DNA from: Alphaproteobacteria bacterium
GTDB lineage: Bacteria > Pseudomonadota > Alphaproteobacteria > UBA828
DNA: 64,000 bases
Reading direction: 5' to 3'
NCBI GenBank assembly: GCA_965221125.1
Contig: CBDCRW010000006.1
Coordinates: forward strand, 1 to 64,000
Of this stretch, positions 25,412-35,296 are shown one piece after another (the stretch's first letter is position 1; every line of letters starts with the position of its first letter). The notes under the pieces were generated by a model. The model had not been told where the DNA came from and did not search any database. It saw only the letters and a list, made by a program, of their open reading frames with translations. The translations under genes and the position numbers were made by a program.

Positions 25412-26998
25412 CTAAATCCCCAGCGCGCAGCCGTCCTTGCGGGGGTCGGAGCCGCCGGTGAGAACACCCGTCGCGCGGTCGATGGCGATGGCCTGGCCGC
25501 CGCCGTGGGGAATCTCCGACCACGCCACCTGGTGGCCGAGGACGGCGAGGCGGAGGGCAACCTCCTCGTCGATGGTGGTCTCCAGCGCCATGACGCCGCC
25601 GAAGTGGAAGGCGCGGGGGCAATCCAGCGCCGCCTGCGGGTCCATACCGTAGTCGATCACGTTGGTGAGGAAGTGCGCGTGGCCGCAGGCCTGGAAGTGC
25701 CCGCCCATCACGCCGAAGGGCATCACCGCGTGCTCCCCCTGCCCCACCATGCCGGGGATGATGGTGTGCATGGGCCGCTTGCCGCCGGCGATGCGGTTGG
25801 GATGGTCGGGGTCGATGACGAAGCTCGCGCCCCGGTTCTGCAGCATCACGCCGGACGCCGTGCAGAGGCCTGAGCCGAAGGACGCGAACAGCGAGTTGAT
25901 GAATGAGATCGCGTTGCCCTCACCGTCCACCACGGTGAGGTAGATCGTATCGCCGTGGGCCGGGTAGCCGGGCGGCAGCTCCGGCGGCATGGCGCGCTCG
26001 GCGCTGATGTGGCGGCGCATGGCATCCGCGTACGCCGCCGAGAGCAGCCCCGCGACCGGCACGTCCACCGCGTCGGGGTCGGCGATAAGCGCGGCGCGGT
26101 CGCGGTAGCCGAGGCGGCAGGCCTCAGCCTCCAGGTGCAGGCGCTCGGCGCCCACCGGGTCGAGCCCGGCAAGCTCGAAGCCCTCGAGGATATTGAGGAT
26201 GATGAGCGCGATGATGCCTTGCCCGTTGGGCGGGCACTCGTAGATGTCGAAGCCCCGGTAGTTGGTGCTGATCGGCTCCACCGCCTGGGGCGAGAAGGCG
26301 GCGAGGTCGTCCGCCGTCATCAAGCTGCCGTGGGCCGCGAGGTGGGAGGCGATGTCGTCCGCGATGGCGCCCTTGTAGAAGGCGGCGGCACCGTCCTTCG
26401 CAATCAGCCGGAGCGTCTCCGCAAGCTGTGGCAGGCGGTGGATGTCGCCGGCTCTCGGCGCCCGCCCGCCGGGCAGGTAGAAGGCGCGTGCGTTCTCGCA
26501 GGCGCGGAGTTTTTCCGCGTTCTGGCCCCAGTCGTAGGCGACGCGGCTGTGGACGACGAAGCCCTCCTCGGCGTAGCGGATGGCGGGCTGGAGCACCTCG
26601 TCGAGGCCCTTCGTGCCGTGGTCCGCCAGCAGCCGCTCCCACGTGCCGACGGCGCCCGGCACGGTGACGGCATGCGCGCTCTCGAAGTCGATGGCGTCGA
26701 TGCCGCGCTCATGGAACCAGTCCACGCTCGCCGCAGCCGGCGCAGGGCCTGAGCCGTTGATGGCGTAGGGCGGCACCCGCCCGCCCGGTGCATAGAGGGC
26801 GAAGCAGTCGCCGCCGATGCCGGTGGACTGCGGCTCGACCACGCCTTGCACGGCAGAGGCCGCCACCGCCGCATCCACGGCGTTGCCGCCCGCGCTGAGC
26901 ACCTCGATCGCGGTCGCGGTGGCCAGCGGATGCGAGGTCGCGGCCACGCCGCGCGTGCCGTGGACCGTGGACCGGCCCGGCCGCTGGAAGTCACGCAT
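25412..26998 (-). CDS. ggt: Gamma-glutamyltransferase family protein
   Basis: GGNAVDAAVA, TGIGGDCF, DT nucleophile site and KRPMHTIIP. Confidence 0.9.
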   Translation of the reverse strand: MRDFQRPGRSTVHGTRGVAATSHPLATATAIEVLSAGGNAVDAAVAASAVQGVVEPQSTGIGGDCFALYAPGGRVPPYAINGSGPAPAAASVDWFHERGIDAIDFESAHAVTVPGAVGTWERLLADHGTKGLDEVLQPAIRYAEEGFVVHSRVAYDWGQNAEKLRACENARAFYLPGGRAPRAGDIHRLPQLAETLRLIAKDGAAAFYKGAIADDIASHLAAHGSLMTADDLAAFSPQAVEPISTNYRGFDIYECPPNGQGIIALIILNILEGFELAGLDPVGAERLHLEAEACRLGYRDRAALIADPDAVDVPVAGLLSAAYADAMRRHISAERAMPPELPPGYPAHGDTIYLTVVDGEGNAISFINSLFASFGSGLCTASGVMLQNRGASFVIDPDHPNRIAGGKRPMHTIIPGMVGQGEHAVMPFGVMGGHFQACGHAHFLTNVIDYGMDPQAALDCPRAFHFGGVMALETTIDEEVALRLAVLGHQVAWSEIPHGGGQAIAIDRATGVLTGGSDPRKDGCALGI

Positions 26999-27204
26999 CG
27001 CCTTCTCCTCCCGCCTCTGCGCGGCCATTCCGCCGACGCTGCGGGGGTTTTAGACGGTTTGCCGCTTGCGCGAAACGGGCGAGCCTGCGGCGGCGGAAGT
27101 CGCCGCCGATGTCGCACCCTGCAGCCAGTCTTCTTGACGGTCTCGAGTCTGGCGCATAGCCTTCCAAAAAAAGAGCGGTTCGGGATGTGGGAGGCAAGAA
27201 GACC

Positions 27205-28479
27205 ATGTTCATGAAATCATTCAGGAAAACGACACTCGGCGGGTGGCTCAAGCGGTCGCTCGCGACGGCGATTGTGGCCGGGGCGGTCGCGTTCGCGGCT
27301 CCGGCACAGGCGAACGACACCATCAAGATTGGCTTCAGCATGGCGCTCACCGGCGGTCTCGCCGGCGCGGGCAAGGGCGCGCTCATCGCCATGCAGGTGT
27401 GGGCCGAGGACGTCAACGCCGCGGGCGGGCTGCTCGGCAAGCAGGTCGAGCTCATCTACTACGACGACCAGACCAACCCGGCGACCGTGCCGGCGATCTA
27501 CACGAAGCTGCTCGACATCGACGAGGTGGACTTCGTGGTATCGGGCTACGGCACGAACCTGATCGCGCCGGCGATGCCGATCGTCATGCAGCGGGGGCTC
27601 GTCTTCCCCTCGCTGTTCGGCCTCGCGGTCAACGAGAAGTTCAACTATCCGAACTACTTCCAGATCATGCCGTCGGGCCCGGAGCCGATGACCGACTGGT
27701 CGAAGGGCTTCTTCGACGTCGCCATGGCGCAGGATCCGCCGCCGAAGACCATCGCGCTCGTGGGCGCCGACGCGGAGTTCGCGCGGAACGCGGTGAACGG
27801 CGCGCGGACCAACGCGGAGAACCTGGGGCTCGAGATCGTCTACGACGAGTCCTATCCGCCGAAGACCGCGGACTACACGCCGATCGTCAACGCGATCCAG
27901 GCGCGCAATCCGGACATCGTGTACGTCGGCTCCTATCCGCCCGATTCCGTCGGCATGGTGAAGGCGGCCACCGAGGTCGGGCTCAAGGCCAGGATGTTCG
28001 GCGGCGGCATGGTGGGGCTGCAGTTCGCCTCGATCATGACGGCGCTGGGGCCGAAGCTGAACGGCATCGTGAACTACGACTTCTGGGTGCCGGAGCCGAC
28101 GCTGAAGTTCGAGGGCGTCGAGGCCTTCCTCGCCAAGTACCAGAAGGCCGCCGAGGGCGAAGGCGTGGACCCGCTGGGCTACTACCTGCAGCCCTATGCC
28201 TACGCCTATCTGCAGATCCTGGGGCAGGCGATCGCCGCCACGAACAGCATGGATCACGCCGCCATCGGCGAGCACATCCGCAACTCCGAGTTCGACACCG
28301 TCGTCGGCAAGGTGAGCTTCGCGCCGAACGGCGAGTGGGCGAACACCCGCGTGCTGATGGTCCAGTACCAGGGGATCGCGGACAACGAGCTCGCGACCTT
28401 CACAAAGCAGGGCACGCGCGTGGTGCTCTATCCGGCGGAATGGAAGTCGGGGGACATCAACTACCCCTACGCCGAGTAG
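27205..28479 (+). CDS. Liv-type (HAAT) ABC transporter substrate-binding protein
   Basis: Signal peptide, IKIGFSMALTG and INAAGG-like VNAAGGLLGKQVELIYYDDQ; heads a five-gene ABC operon. Confidence 0.9.
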   Translation: MFMKSFRKTTLGGWLKRSLATAIVAGAVAFAAPAQANDTIKIGFSMALTGGLAGAGKGALIAMQVWAEDVNAAGGLLGKQVELIYYDDQTNPATVPAIYTKLLDIDEVDFVVSGYGTNLIAPAMPIVMQRGLVFPSLFGLAVNEKFNYPNYFQIMPSGPEPMTDWSKGFFDVAMAQDPPPKTIALVGADAEFARNAVNGARTNAENLGLEIVYDESYPPKTADYTPIVNAIQARNPDIVYVGSYPPDSVGMVKAATEVGLKARMFGGGMVGLQFASIMTALGPKLNGIVNYDFWVPEPTLKFEGVEAFLAKYQKAAEGEGVDPLGYYLQPYAYAYLQILGQAIAATNSMDHAAIGEHIRNSEFDTVVGKVSFAPNGEWANTRVLMVQYQGIADNELATFTKQGTRVVLYPAEWKSGDINYPYAE

Positions 28480-28578
28480 GCTCTGCTCCCGAGAGGAGCC
28501 GGGCAGCGACTGAAGATGGAAGTGTCGTCCCGCATCCGACGGGATGACACTTCCTGTTTCCGCTAGGGCAGCCGTTCG

Positions 28579-29451
28579 TTGTTCTCCGTCGAACTCCTGG
28601 TGAACGCGCTCATCGCCGGCGTGATGCTGGGCGGCTTCTATGCCGCGGTGAGCCTCGGGCTCACCGTCTCGTTCGGGCAGCTCAACATCGTCAACATCGC
28701 CCATCCCGCCTTCATCATCCTGGGCTCCTACATCGCCTACATGTGCAACAGCCTGTGGGGGCTGGATCCCATCCTGGTGGGGATCATCTTCATCCCCGTC
28801 TTCTTCCTGATCGGCGCCGGCGCCTACCGGCTCTACTACGAGAGCTTCGAGCGCAAGGACGACGAAGCGCTGCGCGGCCTCGCCTTCTTCTTCGGCGTCA
28901 TGTTCATCATCGAGGTCGCGCTGATCATGGTCTACGGCGTTGACTTCCGCACGGTGCAGGCGTCCTACATCGGGCAGAGCTGGAAGGCCGGCGGGATCGG
29001 GGTGCCGACGCGAATGTTCGTGCCGTTCTGCGTCTCCATCGCGATGTTCACGGTCGTATTTCTCTACATGTCGCGCACCTTCAACGGCCGCGCGATCAAG
29101 GCGGTGGCGCAGGATAGGCTCGCGCTGCAGCTCATGGGCGCCGATCCGGTCAAGATCAAGCAGCTCGGCTTCGGCATCAGCATCGGCACCGCCGCGCTCG
29201 CCGGCGCGCTGCTGATCATCATCATTCCGGTCGAGCCCTCGGTGGGGCGGCTCTACATCGGCCAGGTGTTCGCGATCGCGGTCCTCGCAGGCCTCGGGTC
29301 GATCCCCGGCACGCTGGTGGCGGGCCTCGTCCTTGGCGTTGCCGAGAGCCTGGTGTCCACGTTCTTCGGCCCGTCCTGGGCGCCTGCCGTGGCCTTCGGC
29401 ATCCTGCTGGCGGCCCTGGCGTTTCGGCCGCAAGGGCTGTTCGGCCGATGA
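28579..29451 (+). CDS. ABC transporter permease (LivH-like)
   Basis: Hydrophobic; SLGLTVSFGQLNIVNIAH and C-terminal RPQGLFG. Confidence 0.9.
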   Translation: MFSVELLVNALIAGVMLGGFYAAVSLGLTVSFGQLNIVNIAHPAFIILGSYIAYMCNSLWGLDPILVGIIFIPVFFLIGAGAYRLYYESFERKDDEALRGLAFFFGVMFIIEVALIMVYGVDFRTVQASYIGQSWKAGGIGVPTRMFVPFCVSIAMFTVVFLYMSRTFNGRAIKAVAQDRLALQLMGADPVKIKQLGFGISIGTAALAGALLIIIIPVEPSVGRLYIGQVFAIAVLAGLGSIPGTLVAGLVLGVAESLVSTFFGPSWAPAVAFGILLAALAFRPQGLFGR

Positions 29452-30413
29452 GAGCGCCTGCGGTGAAGCTCTCCGCCTTCTGGATCGGCGCCGCGACCGT
29501 GGCCCTCGTGGGAGCGCTGCTGACGATCTTCGACGTGGTCGCCATCAACAAGTTCATCTTCTTCGCGGGCTACGTCGTGCTGCAATACGTGGTCCTCGCC
29601 ACCGCCTGGAACATCATGGGCGGCTACATGGGCTACGTGAACTTCGGCACCGCCGGGTTCTTCGCCGTGGGCGCGTATGCCTCGGTCGTCCTCTACAACC
29701 TGATCGAAGCGCCGCTGGCCCTGATGATCCCCTTCTCGGGCGTCGTCTGCGGCCTGCTCGGCCTCGCCATGGGGTATCTCACGCTCCGCCTGCGGGGTGT
29801 GTTCTTCGCCATCGCCACGCTCGCGATGGCGATCGTGCTCGAGACCTTGATGATCAATTGGGACTACGTGGGCGGCGCCACGGGCGCCTACATCCTGCGC
29901 TCGCGCGAGATGGCGCCCTTCGGCGACTACGTGGAGTTCCTGTTCTTCGTGATGCTTCTGCTCGCGATCTTCGCGGTCGCGGTCGCGCGCTGGCTCGAGC
30001 TGTCGAAGGCGGGGCGCGGCTTCACCGCCATCCGCGACGACGAGATCGCCGCCGAATGCGCGGGCGTGCCGACGCTCAGGCTGAAGCTGGTCGCGACCAC
30101 GGTCTCAGGCTTCCTGATGGGCGTCGCCGGCGCGCCCTTCGCGCTCTACGTGGGCTTCATCGAGCCGTCGTCGGCCTTCAACCTCGTCTACGCGGTGAAC
30201 GCCATCGCCATGCCGATGATCGGCGGCGCCACCACGTGGCTGGGCCCGGTGATCGGCGCGCTGCTGCTCGGCACCGTCCAGCAGGTGGCGACGGTGACGA
30301 TCTCGTCCGAGCTCAACCTGCTGATCGTGGGCGTGGTGCTGGTGTTCTTCGTGATCGTGGCGCCCGAGGGGATCGTCGGGCTGATCCGGAAGTGGTGGAG
30401 GCCCCGCAAGTGA
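29448..30413 (+). CDS. ABC transporter permease (LivM-like)
   Basis: AWNIMGGYMGYVNFG, LRLRGVFFAIATL and AIRDDEIAA. Confidence 0.9.
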   Translation: MRAPAVKLSAFWIGAATVALVGALLTIFDVVAINKFIFFAGYVVLQYVVLATAWNIMGGYMGYVNFGTAGFFAVGAYASVVLYNLIEAPLALMIPFSGVVCGLLGLAMGYLTLRLRGVFFAIATLAMAIVLETLMINWDYVGGATGAYILRSREMAPFGDYVEFLFFVMLLLAIFAVAVARWLELSKAGRGFTAIRDDEIAAECAGVPTLRLKLVATTVSGFLMGVAGAPFALYVGFIEPSSAFNLVYAVNAIAMPMIGGATTWLGPVIGALLLGTVQQVATVTISSELNLLIVGVVLVFFVIVAPEGIVGLIRKWWRPRK

Positions 30414-31132
30414 GCGCCGACGCGCTGCTCGACGTGCGCGCCGTCACCAAGCGCTTCGGCGGGTTCACGGCGCTCGACCAGATCAGCATGGAGGTCCGCG
30501 CCGGCGAGCGCTTCGGCATGATCGGGCCGAACGGCTCCGGCAAGACCACCATGATCAACTGCATCTCCGGCACGCTCGCGAACGACGGCGGCGAGATCGT
30601 CTTCAAGGGCGTGAGGCTCGACGGCAGGAAGCCCCATCAGCGCACGCGGCTCGGCATCGCGCGATCGTTCCAGATCCCCAAGCCCTTCCGCTCCCTGACG
30701 GTGCTGGAGAACCTCGGCATCGCGCTGGAATACGCGTCCGACTCCGCGCCGGGCGAGGTGCAGGAGCGCGGCATGGCGATCCTGGAGACGATCGGCCTTG
30801 CAGAGCGCGCGGGCACCAACGCGGGCGCGCTGACGCAGATCGACATGCGCAAGCTCGAGCTCGCCCGCGCCATGGCGACCCAGCCGGAACTGCTGATCTC
30901 CGACGAGGCGATGGCCGGCCTGTCCTCGACGGAGGTCGACGACATCCTCGACATCCTGTTCAGGCTGAACGAGGCCGGCATCACCATCATCATGATCGAG
31001 CACATCATGCGGGCGGTGATGCGCTTCTCGACGCGGATCGTCGTGCTGGACGCGGGCCGGAAGATCGCGGAGGGGACGCCGGACGAGATCGTCAACGACG
31101 CGGAAGTCGAAAGGGCCTATCTCGGTGAGTAG
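30410..31132 (+). CDS. ABC transporter ATP-binding protein (LivG-like)
   Basis: GTG start overlapping the previous stop; GPNGSGKTT and C-terminal AYLG. Confidence 0.9.
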   Translation: MSADALLDVRAVTKRFGGFTALDQISMEVRAGERFGMIGPNGSGKTTMINCISGTLANDGGEIVFKGVRLDGRKPHQRTRLGIARSFQIPKPFRSLTVLENLGIALEYASDSAPGEVQERGMAILETIGLAERAGTNAGALTQIDMRKLELARAMATQPELLISDEAMAGLSSTEVDDILDILFRLNEAGITIIMIEHIMRAVMRFSTRIVVLDAGRKIAEGTPDEIVNDAEVERAYLGE

Positions 31133-31856
31133 GATCGTCGTCGATAACGTCGAAGCCGGCTACGGCTCGGTGCGGGTGCTGCACGGCGTCTCGGTCTCGG
31201 TCGATCCCGGCGAGACGGTGGTGCTGCTCGGCACCAACGGCAACGGCAAGTCGACGCTCATCAACTGCATCATGGGGATCGTGGCGCCTTCTGCCGGCTC
31301 GATCACCTACGAGACCGACGAGGGCGAGAAGATCGAGCTCGTGGGCAAGACGCCCGAGGACGTGGTCGAGCTCGGCATCACGCTGGTGCCGGAAGGCCGC
31401 CGGCTCTTCCCGCAGCTCACGGTGGTCGAGAACCTGATGCTGGGCGCCTACCGGGCATCGGCGCGGAAACGGATCGACGACAACCTCGCCTTCGCGTTCG
31501 AGGCCTTCCCGGTGCTGGCCGAGCGCCGGCGCCAGCTCGCGGGCTCCATGTCCGGCGGCGAGCAGCAGATGCTGGCCATCGCGCGCGCGCTGATGTCGGA
31601 GCCCCGCATCCTGCTCATCGACGAGCCCTCGGTCGGGCTCGCGCCGATCCTGGTCAGCCGCGTGATCGCCAAGATCCGCGAGCTGAAGGAGCGGCGCAGT
31701 CTCACCGTGCTGATGGCCGAGCAGAACTTCAACCAGGCGATCAAGATCGCCGATCGGGGCTACATCATCGTGCACGGCGAGATCGCTTTCGCCGCCGCGA
31801 GCGCCGCCGATCTGTCTGAAAACGAGATGGTCAAGCAGTACTACCTCGGCGCGTGA
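31125..31856 (+). CDS. ABC transporter ATP-binding protein (LivF-like)
   Basis: GTNGNGKST, MSGGEQQMLAI and DEPSVGLAP. Confidence 0.9.
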   Translation: MSRIVVDNVEAGYGSVRVLHGVSVSVDPGETVVLLGTNGNGKSTLINCIMGIVAPSAGSITYETDEGEKIELVGKTPEDVVELGITLVPEGRRLFPQLTVVENLMLGAYRASARKRIDDNLAFAFEAFPVLAERRRQLAGSMSGGEQQMLAIARALMSEPRILLIDEPSVGLAPILVSRVIAKIRELKERRSLTVLMAEQNFNQAIKIADRGYIIVHGEIAFAAASAADLSENEMVKQYYLGA

Positions 31857-32106
31857 CGAAGGCTTCCGCCGGGGAGCCTGAGCGCACCGACTAAAGAGCC
31901 GCGATCTTTCACGAAATGTTGCGCGGCCGTGTCTGCCGCTCCTGTGGCCGGGGCATGGCGTTTTCGCTAGTGTCCGCACAAGGCTGGCGAGCCGATTGCT
32001 GAGGCTTGAGATCGGCGCCGCGCCAGCCGATATCACGACAAGGGGCTGCGTGCGGCCATCGCGCCGGGTGCCGCCCGACGAGGACGGCAACACAAGGATC
32101 GAGACC

Positions 32107-32556
32107 ATGCGATTAGTGGGATTTGCGGCCGCCGGCCTGGCCGCCGGCGCGATCGCTCTCAGCGCCGGCGCCCTGCAGCCGGCATCGGCGGCGTCGGAGC
32201 CGCAGCGGGTCACTATGACCGGCGAGATCATCGATTCCTGGTGCTATCTGAGCGAGATCATGTGGGCCGAAGGCTCGGCCCATCACCGCTGCGCCGTCTG
32301 GTGCGCGCGCGGCGGCGTGCCGGTGGGCATCCTCGGCGAGGACGAGGAGGTCTACATCGTGCTCAAGATGGAGAACGACCCCGGCGTGATCGGCAACAGG
32401 GCGGTGTTCCGCATGCAGACCAACGAGGTCGTCGTCACCGGCGATCTCTACGAGCGCGACAGCGTCAAGTATCTCGCCGTCGGCGAGATCGTCGAGGACC
32501 ACGGGATCGTGAACTACTCCCACGAGGACTTCGACATCCAACCGGGAGGGCTCTGA
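32107..32556 (+). CDS. Exported hypothetical protein with three Cys and a His-His
   Basis: Signal peptide; GEIIDSWCY...HHRCAVWCARGGVPVGIL; high-GC3 coding pattern. Confidence 0.8.
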   Translation: MRLVGFAAAGLAAGAIALSAGALQPASAASEPQRVTMTGEIIDSWCYLSEIMWAEGSAHHRCAVWCARGGVPVGILGEDEEVYIVLKMENDPGVIGNRAVFRMQTNEVVVTGDLYERDSVKYLAVGEIVEDHGIVNYSHEDFDIQPGGL

Positions 32557-32558
32557 TC

Positions 32559-33104
32559 ATGCGGGCCAACCGAACATTCGTCCGTCTCGCCGCCGCGCTC
32601 GCGTTCGCAGGCTCCATGGCGGTCTCGGGGATCGCGGCCGCGGCCAACAGCTGGGGGCTGCCCGAGGAGGTCGAAGCGCGCTTCGACGCGCAGGTGACCG
32701 ACGTGCTCTGCGTACTCAGCGGCGACTGCCCCGAGGACTGCGGCGCAGGCTCCCGCCTGCTGGGCCTGCTCCAGGACGACGGCACCCTGGTGCTGCCGCT
32801 CAAGAACGCCGGCCCGTTCACCGGGCCGACCGCCGATCTCATCCCCTTCTGCAACCAGCGGGTGACCGTCGACGGTCTCTTCACCACCAACTACGGCGTC
32901 ACCACCTTCGCGGTCCAGTTCGTGCGGCCCGAGGGCGGCAAGTGGCGCGGCGCCAACGGCTTCGTCCGCCAGTGGGCCAAGGAGCGCGGACTGGAGACGA
33001 AGGACAAGAAGGCGCGGCGCTGGATGCGCCACGACGAGGCGATCCTCGAGGTGATCGAGGAGCAGGGCGTGCTCGGCCTCAAGGACAAGGGGATCACCCC
33101 TTAG
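32559..33104 (+). CDS. Exported hypothetical protein, apparent paralog of the upstream gene
   Basis: Signal peptide; VTDVLCVLSGDCPEDCGAGSRLLGLL; starts 2 nt after the upstream stop. Confidence 0.8.
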   Translation: MRANRTFVRLAAALAFAGSMAVSGIAAAANSWGLPEEVEARFDAQVTDVLCVLSGDCPEDCGAGSRLLGLLQDDGTLVLPLKNAGPFTGPTADLIPFCNQRVTVDGLFTTNYGVTTFAVQFVRPEGGKWRGANGFVRQWAKERGLETKDKKARRWMRHDEAILEVIEEQGVLGLKDKGITP

Positions 33105-33211
33105 AGCGCGTCCTTACTTGACGGATGGGCGGGCGGCGCGCAGGCCCGGCGCGCCGCACCCCCGCCGCCGCTTGAGCGTCGACGCCGCGCGGTGCGGCTG
33201 GTAGGCACGCG

Positions 33212-33835
33212 ATGAGCCGGTTCCCGCTCGATCCCTCCGGCCTCTGGCGCGAGGTGCGGAGCGGCCGGCCGGTCGAGCCGGGGCCCGCGCTCTTCCTCGA
33301 CCGGGATGGCACGCTCATCCGGCTTGTGAACTACCTGAGCCGCGCAGACGACGTCGCGCCGGTCCCCGGCGCCTTCGAGAGTCTCGCGCAGGCGCGGCAC
33401 GCGGGCTTCCGGGCGGTCATCGTCACCAACCAGTCGGGCATCGGCCGCGGCTGCTACGGGTGGGACGCGTTCGCCGCGGTGCAAGCGCGCGTGATCGCGC
33501 TGGCGGAGGCGGCGGGTGGGGCGATCGACGCGGTCTATGCCTGCCCGGCGCTGCCGGGGAGCGGCGCCGCCTGCCGCAAGCCCGCGCCCGGCATGATCCT
33601 GGCTGCCGCAGAGGACCTCGCCATCGACCTCGGCGCAAGCTGGATCGTGGGCGATTCGGCGAGCGATCTGGAGGCCGGCCGCCGCGCCGGCCTCCGCCGC
33701 GGCTGGCTGGTGCCGACCGGCTACGGCGCGGGCGATCGCAGCCTCGCTGCGGGCTTGGCCTCCGGCAGTTTCCGCGTCACCATCGGGCGGCCGATCGCCG
33801 CGCTGGGCGCGGCGCTCGCCGCAGAGCGAGCCTGA
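33212..33835 (+). CDS. gmhB: D,D-heptose 1,7-bisphosphate phosphatase (HAD IIIA)
   Basis: FLDRDGTL, VTNQSGIGRG, CRKPAPGM and VGDSASD. Confidence 0.82.
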   Translation: MSRFPLDPSGLWREVRSGRPVEPGPALFLDRDGTLIRLVNYLSRADDVAPVPGAFESLAQARHAGFRAVIVTNQSGIGRGCYGWDAFAAVQARVIALAEAAGGAIDAVYACPALPGSGAACRKPAPGMILAAAEDLAIDLGASWIVGDSASDLEAGRRAGLRRGWLVPTGYGAGDRSLAAGLASGSFRVTIGRPIAALGAALAAERA

Positions 33836-33852
33836 GGCGTGCAGGGAGCCCC

Positions 33853-34473
33853 ATGACCTTTCCCGACAAGGCCTATCCGTCGATCGCGGACTTCTGCGAC
33901 GATTACCTGGCCTGCCTCGCACGGGCGGGCGCCTCCATCGACCGCGCCCGGCTTACGGAGGCCAGCGCGCTGCTCGATGCGGCGTTCGCCCGCAGCGCGT
34001 GGCTCTTCGTCTGCGGCAACGGCGGCTCGGCCGCGATCGCCAATCACCTGCTCTGCGACGTCGCCAAGGGCGTGCAGACCGACACCGGCGTGCTGCCGCG
34101 GGTGATGAGCCTGAGCGCCAACTTGGAAATCGTCACCGCGATCGCCAACGACATCGCCTTTGAGGACTGCTTCGCCTACCAGCTCAGGACCGCGGCCCGG
34201 CCCGGCGACGTGCTGATGACCATCTCGGCCTCGGGCGATTCGGAGAATATCGTCCGCGCGCTCGACTGGGCCAGCGCCAACGGGCTCGAGAGCATCGCGC
34301 TCACGGGCTTCGACGGCGGCCGCTCGGCGCCGCTCGCCAGCGTCAACCTCCACGTGGACGGCGACAACTACGGCGTGATCGAGGACACCCACCAGTCGAT
34401 CATGCACATGCTCGCGCAGTACCTGCGCCAGGCGAACATGCCGGACGCGCTCATCCCCGAACGTAAGTTCTAA
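33853..34473 (+). CDS. gmhA: Phosphoheptose isomerase (SIS domain)
   Basis: CGNGGSAAIANH, TAIAND, SASGDSEN and IEDTH. Confidence 0.82.
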   Translation: MTFPDKAYPSIADFCDDYLACLARAGASIDRARLTEASALLDAAFARSAWLFVCGNGGSAAIANHLLCDVAKGVQTDTGVLPRVMSLSANLEIVTAIANDIAFEDCFAYQLRTAARPGDVLMTISASGDSENIVRALDWASANGLESIALTGFDGGRSAPLASVNLHVDGDNYGVIEDTHQSIMHMLAQYLRQANMPDALIPERKF

Positions 34474-34583
34474 CGCGCGACCGACTTTGACGGACGCGCG
34501 TCAGGCCGCGACAGCGGCCCGCCGCGAACGCGGCGCGCCCGCGCAGGCGCCGGCTGAAAGCCGGCTGCCGTGAGCGATAAAGG

Positions 34584-34620
34584 CATAGAGCGTTTCCGTG
34601 CAAGACGGAAACGCTCTATG
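34584..34620. repeat. Perfect 16-bp-stem palindrome (RIME/REP-like; probable bidirectional terminator)
   Basis: CATAGAGCGTTTCCGT-gcaag-ACGGAAACGCTCTATG between convergent genes; includes the TAG stop of the YqaA gene. Confidence 0.75.
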
Positions 34621-35266
34621 CGGCGAAGCGGATCGCCAGGATCGCGGCGATCAGTACGGCGAGGGCGGCGAGGGCGACCCAGCCCAGGTGGCGCTCGACG
34701 AAGGCGCGCGCCGGCGGGCCGAACTGCCAGAGCAGCGCCGCCACGATGTAGAAGCGCGCCCCCCGCGCGAGCAGCGAGGCGAGAATGAAGACGCCGATGT
34801 CGAGCTTGCCCGCGCCGCTCGCAATGGTGATCAGCTTGTAGGGGAGCGGCGTGAAGCCGCCGGCGACGACGATCCAGGCGCCCCATTCGTCGCGGTAGCG
34901 CTGGAAGGTCGCGAGCTTGTCCTCGTTGCTCCAGAGCTCGAGCAGCGGGCCGCCGAAGGCATCGAACAGGTAGTAGCCGATGGCGTAGCCGAAGAGGCCG
35001 CCGGCGACCGAGAAGAGGGTGCAGACGCCTGCCAGCAGCCACGCCGCCGCCCGGCGCGCAAGCACCATGGGGATGAGGAGCAGGTCCGGCGGGATGGGAA
35101 AGAACGAGCTTTCGGCAAACGCCACGGCGGCGAGCGCCCAGACGGCGTGGCGCTTGCCGGCGAGCGCCAGCGTCCAGTCGTAGAGCCTGCGGAGCGGCCC
35201 GGGCCTTCCACTCACAGCCACGCTCCGCCCGAGGCCGGTTGACCGTTGCCCGGCCCCGCCCAACAA
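34616..35266 (-). CDS. YqaA/DedA (VTT domain) membrane protein
   Basis: AFAESSFFPIPPDLLLIPM and FTPLPYKL; the true start may be later. Confidence 0.88.
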   Translation of the reverse strand: MLGGAGQRSTGLGRSVAVSGRPGPLRRLYDWTLALAGKRHAVWALAAVAFAESSFFPIPPDLLLIPMVLARRAAAWLLAGVCTLFSVAGGLFGYAIGYYLFDAFGGPLLELWSNEDKLATFQRYRDEWGAWIVVAGGFTPLPYKLITIASGAGKLDIGVFILASLLARGARFYIVAALLWQFGPPARAFVERHLGWVALAALAVLIAAILAIRFAA

Positions 35267-35296
35267 TGCCGCGAGCGCTCCGGACGGGCACCCCTC

